Sequence record: NC_054929.1
DNA length: 64,000 nt
Reading direction: 5' to 3' (one strand)
Source: Escherichia phage PE37
The notes under the pieces are model-generated. The model did no database searches. It had not been told where the DNA came from and was given only the letters and a program-made list of their open reading frames with translations. The stretch's first letter is position 1; every line of letters starts with the position of its first letter. Position numbers and translations under genes: made by a program. Shown in pieces: positions 28,442-38,981 of this stretch.

Positions 28442-28768
28442 ATGACTATTCAAATTAAAAACGCCATCAATTCTTACGCATATGATAAAGTAGTTTCTTT
28501 GCTAGAAAAAGGCGATATTGTAACTCCTCAAATTTTGGATAAATGGGAAAAAGAGCTTCATCAGACGATGAAACAGAATGATCAGAAAATTGGACGCAAT
28601 ACTGTCCGTGAATTGTTGGTTCAATATATCTTGTCAGAATTTGATGTTAAAGCTTTTGGTGTAGAATCTAAAGCTTATCAGAAGCATGAAATTTCTGATA
28701 AAACTATTCGTCGTATGAAAAATCAACGCAAGAAAAAATTTGCTGACCTGAAAATTACTAAGGCATAA
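28442..28768 (+). CDS. hypothetical protein
   Basis: ATG+SD GAGGA. Confidence 0.6.
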   Translation: MTIQIKNAINSYAYDKVVSLLEKGDIVTPQILDKWEKELHQTMKQNDQKIGRNTVRELLVQYILSEFDVKAFGVESKAYQKHEISDKTIRRMKNQRKKKFADLKITKA

Positions 28769-28770
28769 TT

Positions 28771-28986
28771 ATGAATGAAGCTCTTATTAACGATTTGCGT
28801 CTTGCCGGATATGAAGTAAATACAAACGGCATTGGTTTAACTCAAATTGAAGGAAATGGATTCATCCTTGAGTATGAATTTAGCCAATGGTGGTTATACG
28901 CTAATTACGGCGAATTGATTGAATATGTTGACCAATTTGATTCACTAGATGCAGCTCTTGAAGCGGCTAAGTTGATGAATGTATGA
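28771..28986 (+). CDS. hypothetical protein
   Basis: ATG; 71 aa. Confidence 0.55.
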   Translation: MNEALINDLRLAGYEVNTNGIGLTQIEGNGFILEYEFSQWWLYANYGELIEYVDQFDSLDAALEAAKLMNV

Positions 28987-29252
28987 AATTTATTAATATT
29001 TCTATTACTATTGAAAATTATGGCATTTTCTATGTTGACCAATACATGAAAATTTCATTTTTCCCAAATAAGACTGGTGTTGGATATTGGGAAAGTCATG
29101 TTTCTGAATTAAATGAAAGTGAATATGTTAGCACACATGAAAAGTTTTTAGACTTTTTATATCATGCTGATTTAACTAGTCATTACATAGATATTCATGA
29201 ATTTAAAAAGATGATGGAGAAAGTGTTCCAAGCATACTGCTTACTTAGATAA
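28983..29252 (+). CDS. hypothetical protein
   Basis: ATGA overlap; 89 aa. Confidence 0.55.
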   Translation: MKFINISITIENYGIFYVDQYMKISFFPNKTGVGYWESHVSELNESEYVSTHEKFLDFLYHADLTSHYIDIHEFKKMMEKVFQAYCLLR

Positions 29253-29330
29253 CTGATATCCTCTATGCTTTAAGATAGATCTTCAAATATTATGATATAA
29301 TAGATCTATGAATTGAGCTAAGAGGTGAAA

Positions 29331-29888
29331 ATGTCAGAAACTAAGCCTAAATATAATTACGTAAACAATAAAGAGCTTTTACAAGCTATTATTGATTGGA
29401 AAACAGAATTAGCAAATAATAAAGACCCAAATAAAGTAGTTCGTCAGAATGATACTATCGGATTAGCCATTATGCTTATTGCAGAAGGCTTATCTAAACG
29501 TTTCAACTTTTCAGGATACACCCAGTCTTGGAAACAAGAAATGATTGCAGATGGTATAGAAGCTTCTATTAAGGGGCTTCATAATTTTGATGAAACGAAA
29601 TATAAAAACCCACATGCATATATAACTCAAGCTTGTTTTAATGCATTCGTCCAACGTATTAAAAAAGAACGTAAGGAAGTTGCAAAGAAATATAGTTACT
29701 TCGTTCACAATGTCTATGACAGCCGTGACGACGATATGGTTGCGTTAGTAGATGAAACTTTTATTCAAGACATCTATGATAAAATGACGCATTACGAAGA
29801 ATCAACCTATAGAACACCGGGGGCTGAAAAGAAAAGTGTTGTAGACGATTCTCCTAGTTTGGATTTTTTATATGAGGCTAACGATTAA
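29331..29888 (+). CDS. 55: late-transcription sigma factor gp55
   Basis: 185 aa, [23 protein letters not shown]..., matches T4 gp55. Confidence 0.93.
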
Positions 29889-30090
29889 CCTCTCCGGATT
29901 CTTGGAAGAAATACCTGAAGTTGAAGCTATTCCCTATTTACTTAAAATGTATCTCAGGGAAGTTTTAGCTCTTGACATTGATATTGATCCAGAAAATCCG
30001 TATGATACCGCTTTTAAATCTAATGGTGTAGAATTAAACTATCGGTATCATTTAACAGATGATGATTTTTATTTTATATTAGAGAAATAA
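29872..30090 (+). CDS. hypothetical protein
   Basis: ATG overlapping 55 stop. Confidence 0.5.
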
Positions 30091-30091
30091 T

Positions 30092-30409
30092 ATGACTGAT
30101 AAACCCGAAATTAATGATGAAGTGGAAAAGCTTATTTCTTCTATTGAAGAAAAGAACCGTCTTGAAGCAGAAAGAAAAGCAAATAAGTTATTGTCTAAAA
30201 ACAAACGCGAACTGAATCGTCTTTATAAGCACGCTCAGATTGCAGCTGAAAATAATAATTTTGCTCAATACGAATATGCTATCAAGAAAAGTCGGGATAT
30301 TCTAAAACAGCCATATAACGATGAACTCATCAGTATTCTTTGGAAGACTACTAGATCGCAGATTGAGGATATGATTGATGCTTACACACGTAAAATTCAA
30401 GCGTCTTAA
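30092..30409 (+). CDS. hypothetical protein
   Basis: ATG; 105 aa. Confidence 0.55.
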   Translation: MTDKPEINDEVEKLISSIEEKNRLEAERKANKLLSKNKRELNRLYKHAQIAAENNNFAQYEYAIKKSRDILKQPYNDELISILWKTTRSQIEDMIDAYTRKIQAS

Positions 30410-30581
30410 AATTAATGCAGGATTTACTGAATCTTTGAATGGTCATCTTTGTGTGAAAATTTCTGAAAAAGAATACCATGATAGTTCAATTAAAGAAGTT
30501 AATCCTCCTATTGTAAGAGCAGACCCTAATATGAAAGTGTGGGTTGATTCTTATCAAGTCAAAAAATGGTGGCAGTTATGA
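30375..30581 (+). CDS. hypothetical protein
   Basis: ATG; 68 aa; overlaps upstream gene. Confidence 0.45.
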   Translation: MMLTHVKFKRLKINAGFTESLNGHLCVKISEKEYHDSSIKEVNPPIVRADPNMKVWVDSYQVKKWWQL

Positions 30582-30642
30582 AAGATGAACACCCAGACTT
30601 CTGAAATAGATTATAATAAAGTTCGTTCCTTTAAAGAGGAAA

Positions 30643-30759
30643 TGATGAGACTCTTTAAAGAGTCTCATGATAAAGCTAAAGCAGAAGGAACTATAACATA
30701 TAAGCGCATAAAATTTAAAAGTTCTAACGAGCCTCTGTATGGCGTATTATGTGGATAGG
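30643..30759 (+). CDS. small hypothetical ORF (38 aa)
   Basis: ATG+SD GAGGAAA; contains 20-bp palindrome; weak. Confidence 0.3.
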
Positions 30760-30778
30760 AGCTTCGGCTCCTATATTG
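30756..30778 (+). terminator. terminator-like UUCG hairpin
   Basis: AGGAGCTTCGGCTCCT; short U tract. Confidence 0.55.
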
Positions 30779-30805
30779 CTTTATAAATTTTTGGTAAAAT
30801 AAACC
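30770..30805 (+). promoter_or_regulatory. candidate MotA-dependent middle promoter
   Basis: MotA-box-like TTGCTTTA 30776-30783, about 11 bp, TAAAAT. Confidence 0.4.
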
Positions 30806-30824
30806 AAAACAAAGAGGATATTAA

Positions 30825-32027
30825 ATGAAAGTATGTATTTTTATGGCTCGAGGTCTTGAAGGTTGTGGTGTAACAAAATTCTCACTCGAGCAACGTGATT
30901 GGTTTATTAAAAATGGTCATGAAGTGACTTTGGTTTATGCTAAAGATAAATCATTTACTCGTAACTGTGCACATGATTATAAATCATTTTCAATTCCGGT
31001 TTTATTGGCAAAAGAATACGATAAAACACTTAAGCTGGTAAATGATTGTGATATTCTAATTATCAATTCAGTTCCTGCTACTTCAGTTGAAGAAGACACT
31101 ATTAATAACTATAAAAAAATTATTGATAACATTAAACCTTCTGTTCGTGTTGTAGTTTATCAACATGACCATTCTTCTCTTTCTTTGCGCCGAAATTTGG
31201 GATTAGAAGAAACTATTCGTCGAGCTGATGTTATTTTTAGCCATTCTGATAATGGTGATTTTAATAAAGTTCTGATGAAAGAGTGGTATCCAGAAACTGT
31301 TTCTCTGTTTGATGATATTGAAGAAGCACCGACCGTATATAACTTTCAGCCTCCTATGGATATTGCGAAGGTTCGGTCAACTTACTGGAAAGATGTTTCT
31401 GAAATTAACATGAATATCAACCGTTGGATTGGTCGTACGACTACATGGAAAGGTTTTTATCAGATGTTTGATTTTCATGAAAAACATCTTAAACCTGCAG
31501 GACTAAGTACTGTTATGGAAGGTCTGGAACGTTCTCCAGCGTTCATTCCTATTAAAGAAAAAGGAATTCCATACGAGTATTATCGTCTTCATCAAGTAGA
31601 CCAAATTAAAATTGCTCCTAATTTGCCAACGCAAATTCTTGACCGTTATGTAAATAGCGAAATGCTTGAACGCATGAGTAAATCCGGATTTGGTTATCAA
31701 TTGAGTAAGTTGGATAAAAAATATCTACAACGTTCTTTAGAATATACTCATCTCGAGCTTGGTGCATGTGGAACAATTCCGGTATTTTGGAAATCTACTG
31801 GCGAAAATTTAAAATTCCGTGTTGATAATACTCCTTTGACCTCGCATGATAGCGGTATCATTTGGTTTGATGAAAATGACATGGAATCAACATTTGAACG
31901 TATTAAAGAACTGTCATCTGACCGAGCTCTTTATGACCGTGAGCGAGAAAAAGCATATGAATTTTTGTATCAGCATCAAGATTCAAGCTTCTGCTTTAAA
32001 GAACAGTTTGACATTATTACAAAATAA
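30825..32027 (+). CDS. agt: DNA alpha-glucosyltransferase
   Basis: 400 aa, ...CIFMARGLEGCGVTKFSLEQRDWFIKNGHEV..., matches T4 alpha-gt. Confidence 0.93.
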   Translation: MKVCIFMARGLEGCGVTKFSLEQRDWFIKNGHEVTLVYAKDKSFTRNCAHDYKSFSIPVLLAKEYDKTLKLVNDCDILIINSVPATSVEEDTINNYKKIIDNIKPSVRVVVYQHDHSSLSLRRNLGLEETIRRADVIFSHSDNGDFNKVLMKEWYPETVSLFDDIEEAPTVYNFQPPMDIAKVRSTYWKDVSEINMNINRWIGRTTTWKGFYQMFDFHEKHLKPAGLSTVMEGLERSPAFIPIKEKGIPYEYYRLHQVDQIKIAPNLPTQILDRYVNSEMLERMSKSGFGYQLSKLDKKYLQRSLEYTHLELGACGTIPVFWKSTGENLKFRVDNTPLTSHDSGIIWFDENDMESTFERIKELSSDRALYDREREKAYEFLYQHQDSSFCFKEQFDIITK

Positions 32028-32045
32028 AGGGCTTCGGCCCTTTAG
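32027..32045 (+). terminator. rho-independent terminator (UUCG loop)
   Basis: GGGCTTCGGCCC followed by TTT. Confidence 0.75.
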
Positions 32046-32066
32046 CTTTATACGGAGTTTGATATA

Positions 32067-32207
32067 ATGATATTTCTTGGATATGTGATACTTTTTCTTG
32101 CATTTTATCTATTCACTAGAGCATGTTGGATTGGGTTCTTTAGCACTCCAGATGGATTTATTTCAATAATTTTATTTTGCATTTCAATGACGGTTCTTGA
32201 TATATGA
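32067..32207 (+). CDS. small membrane peptide (47.1 position)
   Basis: ATG 7 nt after TATAAT-like; 46 aa hydrophobic; ATGA overlap with 47. Confidence 0.4.
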   Translation: MIFLGYVILFLAFYLFTRACWIGFFSTPDGFISIILFCISMTVLDI

Positions 32208-33223
32208 AAATTTTAAATTTAGGTGATTGGCATTTAGGCGTTAAAGCTGATGATGAGTGGGTTCAATCCATTCAGTTGGATGGAATTAAACAAGCAATAG
32301 AATATTCTAAGAAAAATGGAATTACTACATGGATTCAATATGGTGATATTTTTGATGTGCGAAAAGCAATCACGCATAAAACTATGGAGTTCGCTCGTGA
32401 AATAGTTCAAATGCTTGATGATGCTGGTATTACCCTACATACTGTTGTAGGAAACCATGATATGCACTTTAAAAATACTTTAACTCCAAATGCCTCTACT
32501 GAGCTTTTGGCTAAATATCCTAATGTTAAAGTATATGATAAGCCTACTACAGTAGATTTTGACGGATGTTTAATTGATTTAATTCCTTGGATGTGTGAAG
32601 AAAATACTGGTGAAATTCTTGAACACATCAAAACTTCATCTGCTTCTTTTTGCGTTGGTCACTGGGAACTGAACGGATTTTATTTTTATAAAGGAATGAA
32701 ATCTCATGGTCTTGAACCTGATTTCCTTAAGACTTATAAAGAAGTGTGGTCTGGTCACTTCCATACTATCTCTGAGGCTGCTAACGTCAGATATATTGGG
32801 ACACCATGGACACTAACTGCAGGTGACGAGAATGACCCTCGTGGGTTCTGGATGTTTGATACAGAAACAGAACGAATGGAATTTATTCCAAACAACACTA
32901 CCTGGCATCGTAGAATTCATTATCCATTTAAAGGAAAAATTGATTATAAAGATTTTACAAATCTATCAGTACGTGTTATAGTAACTGAGGTAGACAAAAA
33001 TCTGACGAAGTTCGAATCTGAACTAGAAAAAGTTGTGCATTCATTACGAGTTGTGTCAAAGATTGATAACTCTGTCGAGTCAGATGACAGTGAAGAAGTT
33101 GAAGTTCAATCGCTTCAGACATTAATGGAAGAGTATATTAATGCAATTCCAGACATCACTGATTCTGACCGTGAAGCACTTATTCAATATGCAAATCAGC
33201 TATATGTAGAGGCAACACAATGA
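32204..33223 (+). CDS. 47: recombination endonuclease subunit gp47 (Mre11/SbcD-like)
   Basis: 339 aa, MKILNLGDWHLG..., phosphoesterase motifs; matches T4 gp47. Confidence 0.92.
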   Translation: MKILNLGDWHLGVKADDEWVQSIQLDGIKQAIEYSKKNGITTWIQYGDIFDVRKAITHKTMEFAREIVQMLDDAGITLHTVVGNHDMHFKNTLTPNASTELLAKYPNVKVYDKPTTVDFDGCLIDLIPWMCEENTGEILEHIKTSSASFCVGHWELNGFYFYKGMKSHGLEPDFLKTYKEVWSGHFHTISEAANVRYIGTPWTLTAGDENDPRGFWMFDTETERMEFIPNNTTWHRRIHYPFKGKIDYKDFTNLSVRVIVTEVDKNLTKFESELEKVVHSLRVVSKIDNSVESDDSEEVEVQSLQTLMEEYINAIPDITDSDREALIQYANQLYVEATQ

Positions 33224-33483
33224 CTTTTGATGAATTTAAAAATGTTATGATGAGTCAGCATTTTGAATGCGAAGTAAAAGATGATATTGGGCATAAAGAA
33301 ATTATTGAATATTGGTTTGAACCGTTAGAGGTTGAAGATAATTGTATTAAAAAGGTTACGGTCTGCACTGATTGGGCTGTATCCTTTAACTTCAACATTT
33401 TAGATAATGACACACCTAAATCATTACGAGATATGGCTGTATCTTGTATTAAGGATGCATACTGTGAAGTTTTCGACATTTGA
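33220..33483 (+). CDS. hypothetical protein (46.2 position)
   Basis: ATGA overlap. Confidence 0.55.
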   Translation: MTFDEFKNVMMSQHFECEVKDDIGHKEIIEYWFEPLEVEDNCIKKVTVCTDWAVSFNFNILDNDTPKSLRDMAVSCIKDAYCEVFDI

Positions 33484-33670
33484 CATTAATGATGAATTCA
33501 TAGCAAACATTGATTATACCGAAGAAGATTCTAGATATGTTGGAATAATTTATATTACATCAAAAACAGCACAAGGTGTTGTTTGCATGGCTGAATTTGA
33601 TGAATACTTTTTAGATTATGATGATATGATAGAATGGTCTAAAAGATACATTAAAAGGAATCTTTTGTGA
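33455..33670 (+). CDS. hypothetical protein (46.1 position)
   Basis: in-frame ATG at 33455. Confidence 0.45.
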   Translation: MHTVKFSTFDINDEFIANIDYTEEDSRYVGIIYITSKTAQGVVCMAEFDEYFLDYDDMIEWSKRYIKRNLL

Positions 33671-35349
33671 AGAATTTTAAACTTAATAGAGTAAAATATA
33701 AAAATATAATGTCAGTTGGTCAAAATGGGATTGACATTCAATTAGATAAGGTTCAAAAAACTCTTATTACTGGACGAAATGGCGGTGGTAAGTCTACTAT
33801 GCTAGAAGCCATCACATTTGGGCTTTTTGGCAAGCCATTTCGTGATGTAAAGAAAGGTCAATTAATAAACAGCACAAATAAGAAAGAACTTTTAGTTGAA
33901 CTGTGGATGGAATATGATGAGAAAAAGTACTATATCAAAAGAGGACAAAAACCGAACGTTTTCGAAATCACCGTTAACGGTACACGTCTTAATGAATCTG
34001 CCAGCAGTAAAGATTTCCAAGCAGAATTTGAACAGCTTATCGGAATGTCATATGCCAGTTTCAAGCAGATTGTTGTCCTTGGTACAGCAGGGTATACCCC
34101 TTTCATGGGTTTGTCGACCCCTGCGCGAAGAAAGCTTGTGGAAGACCTGCTCGAGGTAGGAACATTAGCTGAAATGGATAAGCTTAATAAAGCACTAATA
34201 CGTGAATTAAATTCACAAAACCAAGTGCTTGATGTTAAAAAAGATAGTATTATCCAACAAATTAAAATATATAATGATAACGTTGAACGCCAGAAAAAAT
34301 TAACGGGTGACAACCTTACTCGTCTTCAAAATATGTATGATGATTTGGCAAAAGAAGCTAGAACGCTAAAATCGGAAATAGAAGAAGCTAATGAAAGATT
34401 AGTTAATATTGTTTTAGATGAAGACCCTACTGATGCATTTAATAAAATCGGTCAAGAAGCAGTTTTAATTAAATCAAAAATTGACTCGTATAATAAAGTC
34501 ATTAATATGTATCACGAAGGTGGATTATGTCCAACCTGTTTGTCACAATTAAGTTCCGGTGATAAAGTTGTTTCTAAAATTAAAGATAAAGTTTCTGAAT
34601 GCACGCATTCGTTTGAACAGCTTTCAACACATCGTGATAATTTAAAAGTTCTTGTTGATGAATACCGAGATAATATTAAAACCCAGCAGTCGCTGGCAAA
34701 TGATATTCGCAATAAAAAGCAATCTCTAATCACGACGGTAGATAAAGCTAAAAAGGTTAAAGCGGCTATAGAAAAAGCATCTTCTGAGTTTATTGACCAT
34801 GCTGATGAAATAGCATTGCTTCAAGAAGAACTTGATAAAATTGTTAAGACAAAAACTAATTTAGTAATGGAAAAATACCACCGAGGAATTTTGACTGATA
34901 TGCTCAAAGATTCTGGTATTAAAGGTGCTATTATTAAAAAGTACATTCCATTATTTAATAAGCAGATTAACCATTATCTTAAAATAATGGAAGCGGATTA
35001 TGTGTTTACATTAGATGAAGAATTTAATGAGACAATTAAATCCCGTGGTCGTGAAGATTTTAGTTATGCTTCATTTAGTGAAGGTGAAAAAGCAAGAATT
35101 GATATTGCTCTTTTATTTACTTGGCGTGATATTGCTTCTATTGTATCTGGTGTTAGTATTAGTACATTAATACTCGATGAAGTGTTTGATGGGTCATTTG
35201 ATGCCGAAGGTATTAAAGGTGTAGCTAATATTATAAATTCAATGAAAAACACTAATGTTTTTATAATTTCGCATAAAGACCATGACCCGCAAGAATACGG
35301 TCAGCATCTTCAAATGAAGAAAGTTGGTCGATTTACTGTAATGGTTTAA
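33667..35349 (+). CDS. 46: recombination endonuclease subunit gp46 (Rad50/SbcC-like)
   Basis: 560 aa from GTG start; Walker A GRNGGGKST; coiled coil with CPTC zinc hook; Walker B/D-loop. Confidence 0.9.
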   Translation: MKNFKLNRVKYKNIMSVGQNGIDIQLDKVQKTLITGRNGGGKSTMLEAITFGLFGKPFRDVKKGQLINSTNKKELLVELWMEYDEKKYYIKRGQKPNVFEITVNGTRLNESASSKDFQAEFEQLIGMSYASFKQIVVLGTAGYTPFMGLSTPARRKLVEDLLEVGTLAEMDKLNKALIRELNSQNQVLDVKKDSIIQQIKIYNDNVERQKKLTGDNLTRLQNMYDDLAKEARTLKSEIEEANERLVNIVLDEDPTDAFNKIGQEAVLIKSKIDSYNKVINMYHEGGLCPTCLSQLSSGDKVVSKIKDKVSECTHSFEQLSTHRDNLKVLVDEYRDNIKTQQSLANDIRNKKQSLITTVDKAKKVKAAIEKASSEFIDHADEIALLQEELDKIVKTKTNLVMEKYHRGILTDMLKDSGIKGAIIKKYIPLFNKQINHYLKIMEADYVFTLDEEFNETIKSRGREDFSYASFSEGEKARIDIALLFTWRDIASIVSGVSISTLILDEVFDGSFDAEGIKGVANIINSMKNTNVFIISHKDHDPQEYGQHLQMKKVGRFTVMV

Positions 35350-35404
35350 TTTATAAGAGATTATGCTTTAATTTATTAGAGTATAATCTCTATGGAGGAA
35401 AAAC

Positions 35405-35593
35405 ATGGAATATTCAACTGGACAGCATCTATTAACTTTTCCTGAAATAAAACGATATATTCTGAGAAATAATTTTTCTAATGAAGAGCATATAGTTACT
35501 GAATCTATGCTTAGGAATGCATTTAAAGCAGAATATACAAAAATAATGTCCAATAGAAATGAAGCTTGGACTGTTACTGATTATTATGACTAA
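35405..35593 (+). CDS. hypothetical protein (45.2 position)
   Basis: ATG+SD GGAGG. Confidence 0.55.
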   Translation: MEYSTGQHLLTFPEIKRYILRNNFSNEEHIVTESMLRNAFKAEYTKIMSNRNEAWTVTDYYD

Positions 35594-35602
35594 AGGTGTA
35601 TT

Positions 35603-35992
35603 ATGACTAAAATTACTGTGAATTATAACGTTGATGTAAAAGATATTCAGCCAAAACACGTGCGTTCTGAATCAAATCCACAAAACCAAAATAAAATTCG
35701 TCGAGCATGGGTTTTGTCTCTTTCTGATAACGCAATGGAAGTTATTCAAAACAAAATTAAATCTGCACCTGCTCGTCATGCGTATTATGAAGCTATCGAT
35801 CGTGAAGTAAGTAATAAATGGATTGAACTAATGCGCAAACATACTACAGAATCCCTAAACGCCGGTGCTAAATTTATTATGACTTCATGTGGTGAACGCC
35901 TTGAAGATGATTATTGCGGTAATGCAGATGAACGTCTAATTGTTGCTGCTCAAATTGTTGCGGAAACAATTGCGGCTGATTTTAATCGTTAA
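35603..35992 (+). CDS. rpbA: RNA polymerase-binding protein RpbA
   Basis: 129 aa directly upstream of gene 45 as in T4. Confidence 0.7.
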   Translation: MTKITVNYNVDVKDIQPKHVRSESNPQNQNKIRRAWVLSLSDNAMEVIQNKIKSAPARHAYYEAIDREVSNKWIELMRKHTTESLNAGAKFIMTSCGERLEDDYCGNADERLIVAAQIVAETIAADFNR

Positions 35993-36025
35993 TTGCTTTA
36001 TTAAATTAGTTATAAAATTAAATCT
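35990..36025 (+). promoter_or_regulatory. candidate MotA-dependent middle promoter for gene 45
   Basis: MotA-box TTGCTTTA 35993-36000, about 10 bp, TATAAA. Confidence 0.45.
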
Positions 36026-36047
36026 CATTTGAATTGAAGGAAATTAC

Positions 36048-36734
36048 ATGAAACTGTCTAAAGATACTACTGCTCTGCTTAAAAATTTCGCTACTATTAA
36101 CTCCGGTATTATGCTTAAATCCGGTCAATTTATTATGACTCGCGCAGTTAATGGTACAACTTACGCAGAAGCAAATATTTCTGACACTATTGATTTTGAT
36201 GTAGCAATTTACGATTTGAACGGTTTTCTCGGTATTCTGTCCCTAGTTAATGACGATGCAGAAATTTCCCAGTCAGAAGATGGAAATATTAAAATTGCTG
36301 ATGCCCGTTCAACAATTTTTTGGCCAGCAGCCGATCCGAGTACAGTAGTTGCTCCTAATAAACCAATTCCATTCCCGGTAGCATCTGTTGTTACTGAAAT
36401 TAAAGCTGAAGACCTTCAACAACTGTTGCGTGTATCTCGTGGTCTGCAGATTGATACAATTGCTATCACGGTAAAAGAAGGTAAAATCGTAATTAACGGT
36501 TTTAATAAAGTGGAAGATTCTGCTTTGACCCGTGTTAAATATTCTTTGACTCTTGGTGATTATGATGGTGAAAATACATTTAATTTCATTATCAATATGG
36601 CAAATATGAAAATGCAACCAGGAAATTATAAACTTCTGCTCTGGGCAAAAGGTAAACAAGGTGCTGCTAAATTTGAAGGTGAACATGCGAATTATGTAGT
36701 AGCTCTTGAAGCTGATTCTACCCACGATTTTTAA
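36048..36734 (+). CDS. 45: sliding clamp gp45
   Basis: 228 aa, MKLSKDTTALLKNFATINSGIML..., matches T4 gp45. Confidence 0.95.
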   Translation: MKLSKDTTALLKNFATINSGIMLKSGQFIMTRAVNGTTYAEANISDTIDFDVAIYDLNGFLGILSLVNDDAEISQSEDGNIKIADARSTIFWPAADPSTVVAPNKPIPFPVASVVTEIKAEDLQQLLRVSRGLQIDTIAITVKEGKIVINGFNKVEDSALTRVKYSLTLGDYDGENTFNFIINMANMKMQPGNYKLLLWAKGKQGAAKFEGEHANYVVALEADSTHDF

Positions 36735-36736
36735 TA

Positions 36737-36756
36737 GAGGGCTTCGGCCCTTTATA
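36737..36756 (+). terminator. rho-independent terminator (UUCG loop)
   Basis: GGGCTTCGGCCC followed by TTT. Confidence 0.7.
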
Positions 36757-36785
36757 ATTTACACTAAAACTTGAATGAGGAAATT

Positions 36786-37745
36786 ATGATTACCGTAAAT
36801 GAAAAAGAACACATTCTTGAACAGAAATATCGTCCATCTACTATCGATGAATGTATTCTTCCCGCCTTTGATAAAGAAACCTTTAAATCTATTACAAGTA
36901 AAGGTAAGATTCCACATATTATTCTTCATTCTCCTTCTCCAGGAACAGGTAAAACAACTGTAGCGAAAGCATTGTGTCATGATGTAAATGCTGATATGAT
37001 GTTTGTAAATGGATCAGACTGTAAAATTGATTTCGTTCGTGGTCCTTTGACTAATTTTGCTAGTGCAGCTTCATTTGATGGTCGTCAAAAGGTAATTGTT
37101 ATTGATGAATTTGACCGCTCAGGTTTAGCAGAGTCTCAGCGACATCTTCGTTCCTTTATGGAAGCTTATAGTTCAAACTGTAGTATTATTATTACTGCTA
37201 ACAATATTGATGGTATTATTAAACCTCTCCAGTCACGCTGCCGAGTTATTACATTCGGTCAACCGACCGATGAAGATAAAATTGAAATGATGAAGCAGAT
37301 GATTCGTCGATTGACTGAAATCTGCAAGCATGAAGGAATTGCTATAGCTGATATGAAAGTTGTAGCAGCTTTGGTTAAAAAGAATTTTCCTGATTTTCGT
37401 AAAACTATTGGCGAGCTCGATAGTTATTCATCTAAAGGTATTTTGGATGCTGGTATTTTATCACTGGTTACTAACGATCGTGGTGCTATTGATGATGTTC
37501 TTGAGTCTCTCAAAAATAAAGATGTTAAACAACTCAGAGCTTTAGCACCAAAATATGCAGCCGATTATTCGTGGTTCGTGGGTAAACTTGCCGAAGAAAT
37601 CTATTCACGTGTAACTCCACAGAGTATTATTCGTATGTACGAAATTGTCGGCGAAAATAATCAGTATCATGGTATTGCAGCTAATACTGAATTGCATTTA
37701 GCTTATCTTTTCATTCAGTTAGCATGTGAAATGCAATGGAAGTGA
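36786..37745 (+). CDS. 44: clamp loader large subunit gp44
   Basis: 319 aa from [17 protein letters not shown]; Walker A GTGKTT; matches T4 gp44. Confidence 0.93.
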   Translation: MITVNEKEHILEQKYRPSTIDECILPAFDKETFKSITSKGKIPHIILHSPSPGTGKTTVAKALCHDVNADMMFVNGSDCKIDFVRGPLTNFASAASFDGRQKVIVIDEFDRSGLAESQRHLRSFMEAYSSNCSIIITANNIDGIIKPLQSRCRVITFGQPTDEDKIEMMKQMIRRLTEICKHEGIAIADMKVVAALVKKNFPDFRKTIGELDSYSSKGILDAGILSLVTNDRGAIDDVLESLKNKDVKQLRALAPKYAADYSWFVGKLAEEIYSRVTPQSIIRMYEIVGENNQYHGIAANTELHLAYLFIQLACEMQWK

Positions 37746-37746
37746 T

Positions 37747-38310
37747 ATGAGCTTATTTGAAGATGATATTCAATTAAACGAGCATCAAGTTGCTTGGTAT
37801 TCAAAAGATTGGACAGCTGTCCAATCCGCTGCTGATTCTTTTAAAGAAAAAGCTGAAAATGAGTTTTTTGAAATAATTGGAGCTATTAATAATAAAACTA
37901 AATGTTCTATTGCTCAAAAAGATTATTCAAAATTCATGGTTGAAAATGCATTATCACAATTTCCAGAGTGCATGCCAGCTGTATATGCTATGAATTTAAT
38001 TGGATCAGGTTTAAGTGATGAAGCTCATTTTAATTATCTAATGGCTGCAGTTCCTCGTGGTAAAAGATATGGTAAATGGGCAAAACTGGTTGAAGATTCC
38101 ACCGAAGTATTGATTATTAAGTTACTTGCTAAGCGGTATCAAGTTAATACAAATGATGCAATTAACTATAAATCAATTCTTACTAAAAATGGAAAACTTC
38201 CTTTAGTATTAAAAGAACTAAAAGGTTTAGTCACGGATGATTTCTTGAAAGAAGTGACTAAGAACGTAAAAGAACAGAAACAACTCAAAAAACTAGCATT
38301 GGAATGGTAA
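37747..38310 (+). CDS. 62: clamp loader small subunit gp62
   Basis: 187 aa from [14 protein letters not shown]; directly follows 44. Confidence 0.9.
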   Translation: MSLFEDDIQLNEHQVAWYSKDWTAVQSAADSFKEKAENEFFEIIGAINNKTKCSIAQKDYSKFMVENALSQFPECMPAVYAMNLIGSGLSDEAHFNYLMAAVPRGKRYGKWAKLVEDSTEVLIIKLLAKRYQVNTNDAINYKSILTKNGKLPLVLKELKGLVTDDFLKEVTKNVKEQKQLKKLALEW

Positions 38311-38311
38311 A

Positions 38312-38680
38312 ATGATTGAAATTACTCTTAAAAAACCTGAAGATTTTCTGAAAGTAAAAGAAACTTTGACTCGTATGGGAATTGCTAATAATAAAGATAA
38401 AGTTCTGTATCAGTCCTGCCACATTCTTCAGAAAAAAGGACTATACTATATCGTTCATTTTAAAGAAATGCTTCGTATGGATGGTCGCCAGGTTGAAATG
38501 ACAGAAGAAGATGAAGTTCGTCGTGATTCGATTGCATGGCTGTTAGAAGATTGGGGACTGATTGAAATCGTTCCTGGACAAAGAACTTTTATGAAAGATT
38601 TAACTAATAACTTCCGAGTTATTTCTTTTAAACAGAAACATGAATGGAAACTCGTTCCTAAATATACGATTGGTAATTAA
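38312..38680 (+). CDS. regA: translational repressor RegA
   Basis: 122 aa, MIEITLKKPEDFLKVKETLTRMG..., matches T4 RegA. Confidence 0.93.
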   Translation: MIEITLKKPEDFLKVKETLTRMGIANNKDKVLYQSCHILQKKGLYYIVHFKEMLRMDGRQVEMTEEDEVRRDSIAWLLEDWGLIEIVPGQRTFMKDLTNNFRVISFKQKHEWKLVPKYTIGN

Positions 38681-38681
38681 T

Positions 38682-38903
38682 ATGACTGCTATAACTCCAC
38701 AAGAATACATGGCGTCTCTTAAAGAAAAATATAATCTTTCTGCAACAGAAACACTTTTTGATTTACCAGAAAACCTCCAACTAAAATTTCAGGTAGAATT
38801 TCAAAAATTAATTCATCCAGAACAAAAACACTTTACCGCAGTCGTTAAGTCAATTAATGCAGATGGAATGACAATTTTTCACCGACAAATAGTACTAATT
38901 TAA
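38682..38903 (+). CDS. hypothetical protein
   Basis: in-frame ATG at 38682 after regA stop. Confidence 0.45.
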   Translation: MTAITPQEYMASLKEKYNLSATETLFDLPENLQLKFQVEFQKLIHPEQKHFTAVVKSINADGMTIFHRQIVLI

Positions 38904-38905
38904 GC

Positions 38906-38928
38906 AAGGGGCTTCGGCCCCTTATTTG
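38906..38928 (+). terminator. rho-independent terminator (UUCG loop)
   Basis: GGGGCTTCGGCCCC followed by TTATTT. Confidence 0.75.
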
Positions 38929-38981
38929 GAGTATAATATATCAAGAGCCTAATAACTCGGGCTATAAACTAAGGAATATCT

